In this document: one piece after another, positions 49,701-63,349 of the stretch
Numbering within the stretch: the stretch's first letter is position 1
Layout: the number at the start of each line of letters is the position of its first letter
Assembly (NCBI GenBank): GCA_051530055.1
Contig: CM121341.1
Span: 744,001 to 808,000 of the forward strand
Source of the DNA: Neoechinorhynchus agilis
Taxonomy: Eukaryota; Animalia; Acanthocephala
DNA length: 64,000 bases
Reading direction: 5' to 3'
The notes under the pieces: model-generated
What the model was told of the DNA's origin: nothing
Seen by the model: the letters and a program-made list of their open reading frames with translations, nothing else
The model's database searches: none
Position numbers and translations under genes: made by a program

Positions 49701-50056
49701 CACCAGTCCATATATCGGGTAGTGAGAGTCGAATACCTAAGCGTTTCCAATATTAGGTCGCTGCTCGCAAAGGCGAACCATTTAAAAAACGCAGCTAAGT
49801 TCTTCAGAACGTGATCTTCGGGTCGGGTTTTCATTCGACTTAAGCTGATGTTGACTTTATTACCCAGTCTTTGTGAAAGAAAAGGGGGATTTGGTCAGGA
49901 GGGACTTAAATCCCAAGACAAGTTTATTTGGATAGGCTGCTTCCATCATTGTTGAGACCTTTGAAAACCTTAAAGGAAATAAGATGATTCCTGGATATAG
50001 TTACAAACATTTAAGTCAACTGTCAGCTCCTTTCCTTCACTATAAAAATCGAACAT
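46720..50056 (-). pseudogene. Endogenous viral element: decayed rhabdovirus-like (Mononegavirales) L polymerase, N-terminal ~half
   Basis: Collinear motifs matching vesiculovirus L from memory: KVEPICN (48128), GRFRHW...IDYVTGL (48038), MGDKWH, DDKSHS (47708), IDSEELPDEDLVIGL (47537), RYFSLM...YFVLIEYLI, CWNGQSGGLKGLRQKDW (47091), KLGLTIKQDE, KRIARI..CTNNDLI. Many frameshifts and stops; the GDNQ motif is deleted. Confidence 0.9.
48121..49819. repeat. Tandem array of six 290-bp units made of viral L-gene sequence
   Basis: aatggatgttgcaaatagg starts at 48121, 48411, 48701, 48991, 49280 and 49570; the last unit is ~250 bp. Confidence 0.97.
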
Positions 50057-50329
50057 ATCGGTAGCTCTTATTGTCTGTCTTTTTTAGGTTATAGAATCGA
50101 CATTTGATTTTGTCTGCCACTACAGCTGTCTCCATCAACGGAAAGTATACTAGTTTTTGATATAATGCTGAATCAACTAATAAATCCTTACCAGTTCTTG
50201 ATTGTTCACTATTTACTGCTGGACAAAAATTTGCCCATTGAATAATTCCTGCGGGAGTGTCAAGTCTGATTTTGTCAGTCGGGAAGTCTGGGGTCCACAT
50301 CTTTTAAGATCTATAGGCAAAACAAATCT

Positions 50330-50545
50330 AAAATTATTCATCGAGAGAAAATCCTTCGGAATGATAAATATTGGAGATGTGGTGGTCACAATCCAGGATA
50401 GAATTTTTTAATTGAGATATTTCGTGATAAAGCCTCGCCCAATCAGTCATCTGAAAATGCTTTATTTGTTTTTGTTCGGAATTATGATCGCCACATCTCC
50501 AAAATCTGTCATCTCGAAGGGTTTTCTCTCGATGAACAATTTTAG
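50330..50545. mobile_element. Palindromic copy of the 25.9-28.3 kb foldback family
   Basis: catcgagagaaaatccttcg...ggagatgtggtg...gatcgccacatctcc...gggttttctctcgatg shares the monomer sequence. Confidence 0.65.
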
Positions 50546-50758
50546 ATTTATTTCGCCTATAATTGTGAAAAAGATGATGGCGGATGAAAAATCTTTTAGT
50601 TATTTTAGAAAAGGTTTAGAAATGTCGACCGTGCTTATTAAAGATCATACAAAATCTCAGAGTTCGTTTTATAAGAACATTTTTCTTGTTTAGTGAAGAA
50701 ACGGAATTAGAAAAGTTACTCAATTTTGCATATTTGAGCTCGACAATTCATCACACTT

Positions 50759-51046
50759 CTAAGATCGCTTATTTTCGTCACTCGTTCGATTTCGGTAACG
50801 TCGAACATGACGATGATCGCAAACTTCGGAGTTAAAATTTAAAGCGTAAGGCGGATCGTGATCCGACGGTAATTTAAGAAGCTTTAAAAGCCCTTTAGTA
50901 AGTCCCGAATGGTTGTAATGTTACATTAAGCAATAATATGGTAATGTTTTTCATCAATTCCTGAATTTCTGATGTGAAATCCGTTAAATATTGATCTTCT
51001 TTCAATAACTCATTTAGCTTAGCATGAGGTAAAGTTTGAAAAATTC
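50759..51046 (-). CDS. 3' two exons of an unannotated spliced gene, product unknown
   Basis: Exon 51046-50925, a 43-nt GT-AG intron (50924-50882) and exon 50881-50759 stay in frame: IFQTLPHAKLNELLKEDQYL...ILLLN|LLKLPSDHDPPYALNF...RS*. 5' exons unresolved. Confidence 0.55.
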
Positions 51047-51686
51047 CTAGACAACGGTAAATTAGTCAAATCTTTTAAGAAGAACATACAAAAGTTTAAA
51101 ATATTATGCTAATTTAAAAGCGAATTTCTGATCCATTAGAGCTCGGTTCGCTTGAAATATTAACGAATAATTATGGCACCATTCTGACTGGAATGTGCGT
51201 TTAAATCGTCGTCTTAAGCCCATTCTTCGTTATTTTTCCCATGTTTGTTTTGATTTATCCGAGTGTGTGAAAATCGAAGGAAACCGATGTTTTATTATGT
51301 GAAACAAACAATTATTTATTTCGCGTTAAATTAGTCAAGTCGATTTGTTTTGTGTACTTTAAGAACGTTCATTTGGGAATTTTCCCTTATAGAAGGATTT
51401 GAGCCTTTTTACAAGTTATGGGAGAGACAATGGAGTTTAAAGATGTTCCTGCGCTCGGAACTCTTAATGGGAATATTAAAGTTTTAAACAAGAACTTCTC
51501 TTCGGATTCTGGGTAGTCGAAATGCGAGCGAGCGCGCACAGAATAAGGGCCGAAACTGACATTGATTAATTTCTCTTTATAATGTCTATTACTTTGACGA
51601 AGATAACTTGGTCTTTTAGTGGTCTGTGGTAGACAGACGGCTCGTTTGCTTTAGACGAGATCGCCGATTTGATCCACCAATTTCAG

Positions 51687-54600
51687 ATGTCGCTGGCTCT
51701 CGATTCCACTCCATTGTGTGTTTACGAATCCAAAAAACGGTCGGCGGAACAAATGTCCGTGAATGATATTCCGATTGTGCCGGTTAATGTCATACTTCGA
51801 ATAAGACCATTAATCGACCGTGAAATTAAATCCGGATCGAAAATCGCACTTGAAGAGACATTAAATAAATGCCAAGTGCAGCTCAAACATCATTTCTTCA
51901 CGTTTGATAACGTTTTCAACCTCCAATCATCCCACGAAGAAGTCTACGAAGAATCCGTAAGTGGATTGCTCAACAGATTCTTTAATGGATGTAATGTAAC
52001 AATATTAGCTTACGGTCAAACTGGAAGTGGCAAAACTTATACTCTCGGTCTTACTAATTTAGGCTCAGATTCCATACCCGATGGTGTTGTCCTTCGAACT
52101 CTTAATAGACTATTTTCACGGGTTGATCGTGAAAAGGATTCCGCTGAGTATCAAATGAGTGTATCAGCTCTTGAGATTTATCAGGAAAAACTCAGGGATC
52201 TATTGCATTCGGATTCTAGAAAAACACTGGCAATCCGTGAGGAAGGAGGAAAAATCCGTGTGAATGGCCTCAGTGAGCATAGTGTTGTGAGTTTCAATGA
52301 TTGTGTTCGACTTTTTGCAAAGGCCGGTAAGCGTAGAACTGTTGGTGAAACGGTCCTAAATTCTGAAAGCAGTCGGTCTCATGCCGTTTATACGCTGTCG
52401 ATGAAGCGATGGACAACTAGCTCAGATTCAATTAGCGCACTTCAAATTAATACGACAGCTGATAATGATGAACCAAAGCGTTTGCGATACGATGCTTCTA
52501 GCACTCCATACACAATGATCGATACGATCACCTGTAAATTACAATTCGTGGATTTGGCCGGTAGTGAGCGATGCTCACGGACGGGAATACAAAGCGATCG
52601 TTTTAAAGAAGGTATTAAAATCAATATGGGATTATTAGCTCTCGGAAACGTTATTAGTTTATTAGGAAATGAGGAAACCTGTCATCGTCACATTCCGTAC
52701 TCGAGATTGGGTGCACTTTTGATAATCGTGAGAGCTTGCTGAAAATGAAGGTTAGAAATTTGCACCTTTTGTTCTATGGTGATTGCCTATTCTCTATCTT
52801 TTGCCACACGGTTAAGGTTCTTACTCCAAGGGAAAATCAAAAAGTTTACAATTGATAATGGCTTTTTGTCCATTATTGAACCAGATCCGTCTCTATCAAA
52901 AAAATCGTCTTGTAAAATAGAGTATCGACGGTACTTTAGATTGAAACATGTCTACCGGTCAATTTACAATGTGATTCTAACACCTTATCTCTTTCTTGAG
53001 CCTCAAAATTACTAAAGAGTTTACGAATTTCACGTAAACGAGCACTTGCCTTTGAACCAAGTTCAACAAACACATCTTATTTATAAATGTTTATAAATCT
53101 TTTCGCAAGTACGTTAAATTCTGCCTATCAATTTTTTTTAATTGAACAGTTTGGGTATTTTCTCTAGTGCTGATTGCGATTGTAAAAAAGTAGGATGTTG
53201 GAAATGCGGTGAACATCACTTGCCCAGATTGAGGGCGAAATCAAGATCCTAAGATTTCTTTTACAATTGTCATTAAAACTATTCAGTTTTTGAAAATTAA
53301 GTGCAGTGTGCCTACCACTATAACACTTTCTAAAAAACCTTCGTGCACCTAATCCAATATAGAGACAGTAAATTGACTCGGATTTTACAGGATTCACTTG
53401 GCGGAAACAGCCTTACTCTTATGATCGCTTGCGTTACTCCAGCTTCAGATAGTAGTGAAGAGTCACTTAATACATTAAGATATGCGAATAGAGCGCGCAA
53501 TATAAAGAATAGGCCTGTTTCGAATCACGAGTGCAGAAAAGGACGTATAGCTGAACTGAGAGCTGAAATCGAAGACTTAAAGCGGAAACTGGCGCTATGT
53601 CCAAAGGAAACTGATACAGTACAAGATGTTTGCCCTCTACATTTACGAAACGTTGAAGCTGAACTGGACAGGTCCATGGTTGTTCTGACTCCTGCTCGTA
53701 CGGATAAAGTTGGGCGAACAGAATCACGGGCATGTACGATGGGTATAAAGGATTTATTCGATTGTGTGAGACAATTATTAAAAGCAACGAATTTGAAAGA
53801 TAAAGACCGGTATCGATATGACATGATTTGTGATTATCTTGATCAAGCCGCTTTACGAATCGTTAACGACGATGCCGTAGATGGAAAAGACTTAAACGTT
53901 TCTATGGATTGGTCCACTTTAAGGTCTTGTCTGAGACACGACACGGGCGTTGCGGCAACAATGACGAGTCCATTATCTTTCAGGGAGCATGATGTTCAAA
54001 CTATGAAAGACGAGGAGAACTCAGATATATGCGCTACTCAATGTCTAGAGAAAATAATCGATTGCGTTGTGGCCGATGAACACATAACGAGTTATGTTTC
54101 ACATGAAAGATTTTTAAATGAAAAAATGACTAAGGGTAACTTAAGTGGTTGCTCCTTCAGTGAATTGCCGAAATATGGTGTTTCTGTGAGTAACGACATG
54201 GAAAATGCTATGGACAATCCTAGAAAACTTAAAGAAAGTTTCAATGACCACGCAGACACGCACAAGTTGGTTGGTGTCCTCAAGACAGAGATTCAAGAAT
54301 TAAAACATCAGCGAATATTGTTAGTAAATGATTTACTAGATTGTACTAAGCGGATTCGTAAAATGCGATTGGATGACGATCGTCGATACAACAAGGAGCG
54401 ATTAATGGTTACATCGGGTCATACCGAAGCATTCGAAACTGATCTGAGTGCAGTTAAGACGTTACCACGTAACAAATTCGAAACTCCCTTCAAACGAGAC
54501 CAGGAAACTATTAATGAATATAAACGCCTTGAAGATTCGAGAGTTGGGAAGCAAATGCGTATGTGGATCGATAATGAAATTGAATATTTTGTAGACTTGC

Positions 54601-55451
54601 GGGTGGCAAATCAGAGATTAGAGGAATTATGGAAAGCTCGACAATCTCTCAATGATCAGCTATTGAGTGTAGGCAATTCTAACTCAGCAATGATTTTCGA
54701 CAAAGTAGAACGTTATTCACGTGAAATTTCAGGTTTGCAAAAATTAATTGACAAATCTGGCGACATTGACGAGAAAATGTATCGAAATTTTGGCAAAATA
54801 CGGTCAAATCAGGAGCTGAGGATTGCCATGAAACATATTCTATCTCGGTTCGTAGATTCCTCAACTGAAAAAAGGGAACTACTTAGTAAGAAAATGCACT
54901 TGGAAGATGAAGTAAAATCATTGAAAACGGAAAAACAGCGCGACGACGATCTACGTATGAAACTTGATCACCAAAATAGTCTTTTGATGAGTCAATTTAT
55001 AGATAAAATTTTAGCTCAATGTAAAAACAACCCAGAAATCCTGGAGAAAGTATTACAACGGGTACTTGGTATTGAGAATAATTGCGAAGATATTCTAATA
55101 CAGAAAACGCCAAAAATACCTCAATCAAAAGACGATATTTTGCGACACATGCTTGAGTCAGTAAAGGATATCGTCAGTTGCCACAAAAAAGCTCAACTAA
55201 AAGCAGTCGCATCAACTCCTGACCGATTTTTCTCCACTTCCCTGACGATTCTCGACAACAGCGTCCTAAGGCCCATTCGGACTCCAAAAATGAAATCGAC
55301 ATTATTACCACCTTTTAACGACAGATTTCGACATGAAACGCAGTGCCTGCCAATCACTCTCGATACACCAAGGCTTGTTAATGTATCGGATCGCGACAAG
55401 CATTTTGGCCATGATGAGGAACAAATACAGAACGGGAAACCCAGAGATTAG
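51687..55451 (+). CDS. KIF4: Kinesin-4 (KIF4/chromokinesin-like), two exons
   Basis: [53 protein letters not shown] and [14 protein letters not shown]; coiled-coil tail with WIDNEIE-type KIF4 motif. Interrupted at ~52700-53360. Confidence 0.88.
52700..53357 (-). mobile_element. Decayed Tc1/mariner element forming the kinesin intron
   Basis: Flanked by TA (52698-52699 and 53358-53359), with imperfect TIRs (gattgggtgcac / gtgcacctaatc). The minus strand has ILQD...SKNLNRVA with 34 residues between the D (52907) and the E-equivalent position (52802). Confidence 0.65.
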
Positions 55452-55989
55452 GAGAGAGTCGGACTTAGTCCAGATTAATATCATTCAAATCGAATGAGAA
55501 TTCAATAATTAAATGTGTGTGTGAGTGTGGAATCAAAACTTGCGAATATGCATCCGTACATAAATTTCTACTGTTGCGGATATGAACACACACCCGCAAG
55601 CGAAGATAAAAAGGAGTATTCGTCCAGAAGTTACAAACCTGCATTGTAACTTGCGGTGAAGATAATCACCCGGTTAAAAATCATTTTAGTATTAGGAAAT
55701 ATTGCGACGGAGGAAACCTCGCCTTATCAATCATTGACTTAAAGTGTTTTATTCGCACAATAAAATGATTTTTAACCAGTTGATTGTCATCACCACAAGT
55801 TAAAATTTACCATCCCGATATGGATTTTCTCTCGATATGACTAAACCCGCATTCATTCAATCGTTGTGGACAGGTTACACAAACAACAAAGCAGCGTGAA
55901 AGCAATCTCAAAAGTATCTAATAAAAACGTGCATCAACGATATTAATCAAACTTTAGCGAACGAACAAAAACACGAACGCATACAAAAC

Positions 55990-56200
55990 TGTCCAAGTTC
56001 ACCTGAAAGATTGAGCAATATTTGCCCGGACGGACGTCAACCAAAGAGCAATGGAATCTTCACGATAAAACGCACACAAATGTATAGTTACCAAAACACT
56101 CGTACAAAAACATGCGTTTATATTGGCAGCACCATACAAAAAACACAAAGTTTTACGTATACAAACGCCGACATGCACAATAATTTCACTTTGTAGACAA
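55990..56200 (+). mobile_element. Possible GIY-YIG endonuclease relic (Penelope-like)
   Basis: NGIFTIK...MYSYQN...CVYIGST in an A/C-rich segment; no RT recognised. Confidence 0.3.
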
Positions 56201-56864
56201 AAACAACCACATAATACAAGAAACGCTTACAAACATTAGCAAAATACAAGACGACAAGCAACGCACACGTGAACAGCGATCGATAGCAAACACGAAAAAG
56301 ACTAAAGATTGTTTCTTTCGGATTAAGAACTTGCGTCACTGTCTTAAATTTAGAGCTAAGGATTAGGCACGACTATCCGTATTGGATTTCTCTAATTGAT
56401 TGTCTCGAATCAATTCTGGTCTCTGAAAATGATATTATTTTGCAAGTTGAAGTCTGTGGCGTTTTCGTGTTGGACCCTACACATTTTGCCAGTCCATAAA
56501 TAAATTTCAAAATGTACAACCGAATCGTGTTAATATTCAACTTGATTATTTCCCCGTCTCAAGTTTAGGTTTCCACAATTTCGATTTTTCTCGTCCCAAA
56601 AGCTGCTAAAAATCTTTTTGTCCCTGTGTGGAATTCATGTTTGTTAAATTCGCTTAAAGTATCCGAGGATACGGCCAATTTGAATAAACATTCTTTATTT
56701 TTAAAGTGTGGCCAGCCGGCAACTTTTCAGTATCTTTTTTGTGTGGCCTTTTTCACGGCTGATAATTTATTTTTCCTCGGGTTCAGGGAAGTTACCGACT
56801 GGCCAGACTTTAAAAATGGGAAAAATTCAGTGGCTCAGAATTAAAAAATCAAAACTGGCAAGTT

Positions 56865-56985
56865 CTGCGGAGGTGGTCAAGTGGATTAATGCTGCCGATC
56901 CAGGTTAGGATCCCGCTGATGACTTACAACTATAGGGGACGAAATACCCCGATGAAGGGAGGAGGAAACTCACTGATGGCACGGG
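56865..56985 (+). mobile_element. Second, diverged copy of the tRNA-headed SINE
   Basis: gaggtggtcaagtgga...gatgacttacaac...gacgaaatacccc...gaagggaggaggaaactcactgatg matches the 23700-23909 copy. Confidence 0.6.
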
Positions 56986-57341
56986 GAATATTTTTTTATC
57001 AAAATTTAAATTTGAAGATTGAACTGTTCATGAATAGATTGTTTTGTGGCGTAAAAAATTAAAATGATTATATTTTAAATCCGATTGTTTTTGGAGGCAT
57101 AGTCTTGTACGAGATTATCAAGATTGTTAGTTATCGTAAGCTTACGATAACTAACAACCTAGATAAGCCTCCCAAAACCAATCAGATTTTTAAAAATAAA
57201 ATCATTTTAATTTCTTCGTCAGAAAACAACCAAGGTAAAATTTAAATAGACAAGCTGATTTCTTCAAAAACTATGTGTTTTATTCTGTTTCTGATTGGAT
57301 TAATAAAGGTGCTTTTTTGTCCGTATTTTTCCGCCTTTAAG

Positions 57342-57977
57342 ATGGTTTTATTCTACACGAGCGTATCACCGGATGACCGTTCAGTCAAATGGACTCTTTA
57401 TATGGGCGAGGACAAATACGAGAACGATGAGCTTATTCGATACTGTTTTCCTAACGACGTTTGGTTTCACGTGGACGATCTATCAAGCGCTCATGTTTAC
57501 ATCCGAGTTGAATCAAAACATTTTAACTCTCTAGAAGACTTACCACAGTGGCTCATTTTGGATTGCTGCCAGCTTACAAAGCACAACAGCATAAAAGGCA
57601 ACAAAATGCCATCGGTAAAAATTGTCTTTACACCGGTAAAGAATTTGTGTAAACGAGGAGCAATGGATGTTGGACAAGTGGGTTTTGTTAGCCAAAAGGC
57701 GGTTAAACATATTCCTAATGTTAGCAAAGAGATGGACACCATGAAGAGGCTGAGAAAAACCGAACGACAAGTACCTTTGAAGGATTTCGTGAAGGAGTAC
57801 GAAGAGTACATGGAGAAAGTCCGGGCAGCTGAACGAGCTAGAAAAAAAGCAGAAGAAGCCAAGAAGAAAGAGGCTATTGGTTCAAAAACAAGCAATTATG
57901 ACGATTTGATGAGTCCCGAATTGATGGTTTCGAATAAGGATCTCGGAGGTATTGATATTGAAGAAGATTTTATGTGA
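57342..57977 (+). CDS. CCDC25: CCDC25 (NFACT-R/DUF814), single exon
   Basis: MVLFYTS...LYMGEDKYENDELI...DVWFHVDDLSSAHVY...HNSIKGNK...GQVGF...MVSNKD...EEDFM. ATG 57342 is preferred over 57273. Confidence 0.92.
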   Translation: MVLFYTSVSPDDRSVKWTLYMGEDKYENDELIRYCFPNDVWFHVDDLSSAHVYIRVESKHFNSLEDLPQWLILDCCQLTKHNSIKGNKMPSVKIVFTPVKNLCKRGAMDVGQVGFVSQKAVKHIPNVSKEMDTMKRLRKTERQVPLKDFVKEYEEYMEKVRAAERARKKAEEAKKKEAIGSKTSNYDDLMSPELMVSNKDLGGIDIEEDFM

Positions 57978-58420
57978 AATGCATTTTAGAATACACACTA
58001 AAGAACCACTAATAAAAGTGCTTTTTTATGGATATTTTGAAATACTTCTTGTTTTATTTTGGCAGCAAACCCCAATTTAAAGCAACACTCGCTTTTATGG
58101 ATAATTTTTTTGTTTGAAGATTGAACTGTTCATGAATAGGTTGTTTTATGGCGTAGAAAAATTAAAATGATTTTATTTTAAATCCGATTGTTTTCGGAGG
58201 CACAATCTTGTACGCGATTATTAAGGTTCCTCGTAAGTTTTTAAATACGATTACAAGCAACCTTGATAAACACGTACAATGTTAAAATAAAATCATTTCA
58301 TTTTCTTCGCCATAAAACAAAGGATGCAAAAAACACCATACATTCTTCCGTGTTTTTACCGCACTAACAAATTATCATCTTTCATTTTACTGTTTTTGCT
58401 CATTAGGAACACACTTTGAA

Positions 58421-61004
<2,584 letters not shown>

Positions 61005-61199
61005 TTAAAGCGTTATAAAAACGAGATATTTCTTTTCTTAACACCAACATCCTTTATCACGAATTCTTCGGTGACATCCTAGAAGCTTAAAAACACATTT
61101 CGACAATTCAAAAATCAGATATTTTATAGTGAGATGTTACCGAATCACAGTAGCTAATACTCGCATAATTTCGTATAGCTTAATTTGCATTCACAAAAA

Positions 61200-61392
61200 T
61201 GGACAGCCCTTTTTTTAGAATTTTTTTATATGTGGCTCAGCTGGTAGTCTTTTGATAGATATTTTTCCCATACACGGCCGAACGGACATACAGTCCAGCG
61301 ATTTCGGTCTGGGAAGCGCTGGTCTGCGCTCGATGCCCAGCGCAGACCAGCGCTTTATAAACCGAAATCGCTGGGCTGTGTGGACAGCCCTT
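61200..61392 (-). other. Short retroposed-looking insert with ~45-bp GC-rich hairpin, A-rich tail and 12-bp direct repeats
   Basis: tggacagccctt at 61200-61211 and 61381-61392; a T-run next to the left repeat; hairpin 61287-61382. Confidence 0.5.
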
Positions 61393-61699
61393 GTTTCCCC
61401 TCTGTTACTTTCCCAGCCCATTTCCTTCGGCTGTTGTTTTTGCTAGGCTTAATATGTAGAAGTGGGGAAAATTATATATCAAAGAATCACTTTAATTGAC
61501 AATTAGCAATAACCGCACCTCGGTTTGCCCTCATCAGCTACTGCTTATAACCATATTAACGGATGGGGACCCAAAGGTACATGGGTCCTCCTAAACCTTT
61601 CTTTGTATCCAATAAACGTGTTATTGTTATAAATTTGCTGATATCAAGAATCGATGGAGGATTATTTTTTCCAAGGTGCGTTCAGGTATGTTTTTCTGT

Positions 61700-62215
61700 T
61701 TCCAAAAGGTCTTATTGATAACAACGCAGAAGAGCATTGGGTACCGAGATTGTTTTGGTATTTAGATTTTAAAGGCACAATTTGGAATGTTATTTAATCT
61801 TTCAAGGAACAGAAAAACTGCAACTCCTCGACGGAAGGACAGGACCATATTCCCAAAATAGATATCCAAATAAATGGAATCACAATCACAGAGGAATATG
61901 ATACCGGCGCGCAGTGTAGTCGTATTGACAATGATCGATTAGCGTGGAATAGGGCAGCCGACTTCGACTCCTGTTAAACCCCTGCGGGCGTATGGTGACA
62001 AATGTTTGCATACGCTGGAAAAATGCGAGATCAATGTAATTTTTGGAACGAGATAGGAACGATTAGAAGTTGTGTCGAAATTTATGGGCTGAATTATGTA
62101 TGCCGTAGCTTACCCTACCAGCAGGTTGAAACAGAAAGAGAATCCGCCGTTTCCACAATCGAACAGTTGTCAACTAAACATAAATCGATTCTGGACAGAA
62201 TGTTTCCTCCGAAAT
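61700..62215 (+). mobile_element. Ty3/Gypsy gag-protease relic
   Basis: IQINGITITEEYDTGAQCSRID aspartic-protease motif at ~61865-61930; frameshifted. Confidence 0.6.
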
Positions 62216-63345
62216 AGAATGTCCTTTTTTTGGAAGATGGATAACTCTAGCAGTTTTGAGGCATGAGGTGTAGATGCCATATAAAAAGCTGTGATTTATA
62301 ATGTGGGTAAGAGGGTAGATGAGTTCGGGGATGATGTAGCGAAGAGCCCAGTTTGGGATTTCGCAGCTGTAATACTTCATATGATGAAACTAATGGGAGT
62401 ATTGGCGAGTTGACAAAAGTTTCAGGTGTGGACGTGATAGATTGTGTGGTGTCTGATGTGGACCAGTGACTGTAAATTGAGTCAAGGTAGAGGTTCTGAT
62501 TAATGGAATCCAAAATCTGCTTTAATGCAGCGTAGGTCAAATTAGGGAAGGGATCCGCGTTGCGTAGACCAAGGGAGTAATTGACGGCCCGCCACCATGT
62601 TGAATTGCCACCCGAATGGATTTTAGAGGAAAGAAAGTTTTTGCGGGCGATAAGTATTTTGTTAGTTAGTGCTTTTTGTAAACGGGTAAGGTCTGGAGAG
62701 TTATTGCGATGGGCCTTAGAAGCTTGCCTTGTAAGAAGTTTCAAATGGGGGTTATCCATGGTGAATCCGAGTTAAAGATCCCAATGAATTTCTTGGGAAT
62801 AGTCGAAGTTAGGGAGCGAATATTAGAGTTGAACAATTTTATAAAAATTTTGATGTAATGATCACGTTTATCCCAGACGGTTAAACGGGTAGATTTATAC
62901 GCTGAGGTGGGGTGGAGGGTGTGCAAAGAGCAGAAGAGTGGTCAGAGTTGGCGGGGGGAGGAAGTTTAGAGGCGGATGAGTAGGCGTCGATATTTATGAA
63001 CACCTTTTCGAAGTGAGCGTCAAGACGAGTTGGGAAATCAATAAGTTGACGCAACTCGGAGAAGGACAGAAGCGGAAATAGATTATTGAAGTCTCCTGCA
63101 CGATGGACGCCAACAATGGTGAATTCTCTAATGCCGTTTTTCAGAGGAGCTATGAAATGGACTGCGATGAATTCTAGATCGGAGTTTTGTAGAGATCCTA
63201 TGAGAGATAAAAAGTATGGTAGCGATTGCCGTACGTAAATTGAGACCCCCTCCTGGACGATCCTCCCGGTATGCATGGTAGGATGGCCATTTCTGCGAAA
63301 ATGACTACGGCAGCTTTTGAGGTAGATAAAATGAGTGAAATTTCA
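62215..63345 (-). mobile_element. LINE (APE endonuclease plus start of RT) fragment
   Basis: GVSIYVRQSL...DLEFIAV...AGDFN...FPTRLDA (APE endonuclease), STWWRAVN, and PLTHIINHSFLYG...KTARVIHLPKKG (pre-RT). Confidence 0.8.
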
Positions 63346-63349
63346 TCTA

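Noticed and set aside
48121-49819. CRISPR-like array
   Set aside because: Units are near-identical along their whole length with no unique spacers, there are no cas genes, and the genome is eukaryotic.
57273-57341. N-terminal hydrophobic extension of CCDC25
   Set aside because: Family homology starts at ATG 57342, which directly follows an acceptor-like AG; the upstream stretch is T-rich non-coding-like sequence.
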